The notes beneath the pieces were generated by a model. The model did no database searches, was not told the DNA's origin, and saw nothing but the letters and a program-made list of their open reading frames with translations. From assembly GCA_009859145.1 (NCBI GenBank), contig VRVR01000044.1, positions 124,001 to 188,000 on the forward strand: a stretch of 64,000 nt of DNA, given 5' to 3'. This document shows, piece by piece, positions 63,472-64,000 of the stretch. A program made the position numbers and the translations under genes. This stretch comes from Andalucia godoyi And28 (lineage: Eukaryota; Protista; Jakobida). Position 1 is the first letter of the stretch; each line of letters starts with the position of its first letter.

Positions 63472-64000
63472 TTAGCACCTCTCAAATATGCGATACAGCT
63501 TTTCCAGGCTAGCGGCTTCAACAACGAATTTTGCAAAATGGGGCGACGGAAAGAAGAGAGTGCGCGACGCAGGATACAAAAAGGTAGAAACGTACGTTTG
63601 GATTGTCGAATCGGACACGAGGATTGGAGAGGCATCGTCTCCATCGTCGCACATTTCAGACGCATTCTGCGGAAGAGAAAAGAACCACCCCAGAGCTTTG
63701 CAGACCGATCGGAAACACGGTTCTTCGTCGGACCAATCGACATCCAGTGCAAGGCGACAAAGAAGCTCGGGCACCCGACACAGCGGAGGGACATAGCCCG
63801 GGGCAAGGGCTGGAAGAGACATCAAAAGAGAGCCTCCATTCGTAAGCTTCAAAGAAAGATATTCCTCCAGCAGGTCAGCATGCATCCCAAGAATCTCAAC
63901 CACCGATTTTGTCTCTCGCTCGATCACCGCCGAGTCCGAGCACTTCTGCGCAAGGTACAGGCGAACGCTGTCTTCGATCGGAAGCGGCTCCTCAAGAGAA
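63472..64000 (-). CDS. MLH1: DNA mismatch repair protein Mlh1, C-terminal part (starts beyond the window)
   Basis: LLEEYLSL, SLPAL..GYVPPL..VP..L.RLALDVDWSDEEPCF and the diagnostic terminus ASLEKLYRIFERC*; the frame is open to the window edge. Confidence 0.95.
   Translation of the reverse strand, partial: SLEEPLPIEDSVRLYLAQKCSDSAVIERETKSVVEILGMHADLLEEYLSLKLTNGGSLLMSLPALAPGYVPPLCRVPELLCRLALDVDWSDEEPCFRSVCKALGWFFSLPQNASEMCDDGDDASPILVSDSTIQTYVSTFLYPASRTLFFPSPHFAKFVVEAASLEKLYRIFERC

Overview
This is nuclear DNA from a gene-dense, intron-poor unicellular eukaryote with the standard genetic code and short GT-AG introns near gene starts; the species cannot be determined from the sequence. About 26 protein-coding genes are visible. 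Recognisable ones are COX6A (partial), a giant C2-domain protein, a SAM methyltransferase, peroxisomal acyl-CoA oxidase, a PX+ELMO protein, a DEDDy exonuclease/ATPase fusion, PIG-M, WASHC3, an SLC35C2-like transporter, an OXR1-like LysM-TLDc protein, an NYN-domain protein, TRAPPC9, steroid 5-alpha-reductase, four clustered Myb/SANT genes, a PAS hybrid histidine kinase lacking its phospho-His, a LisH-WD40 protein and MLH1 (partial). One tRNA-Ile(GAU) is present. The most striking feature, invisible as any long ORF, is a family of four intergenic, internally deleted IS607/Fanzor2 (eukaryotic TnpB) elements at about 16.3-16.9, 25.5-26.2, 40.9-41.2 and 53.6-54.6 kb. All four lack the RuvC-I motif. 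Three keep a conserved, structured right end that looks like an omegaRNA scaffold (hairpins plus a pseudoknot), each followed by a different flanking putative guide. One copy is reduced to essentially left end plus omegaRNA. A second, unidentified repeat family lies at 28.3-28.5 and 31.3-32.7 kb. All assignments come from motif recognition by eye; no searches were run.
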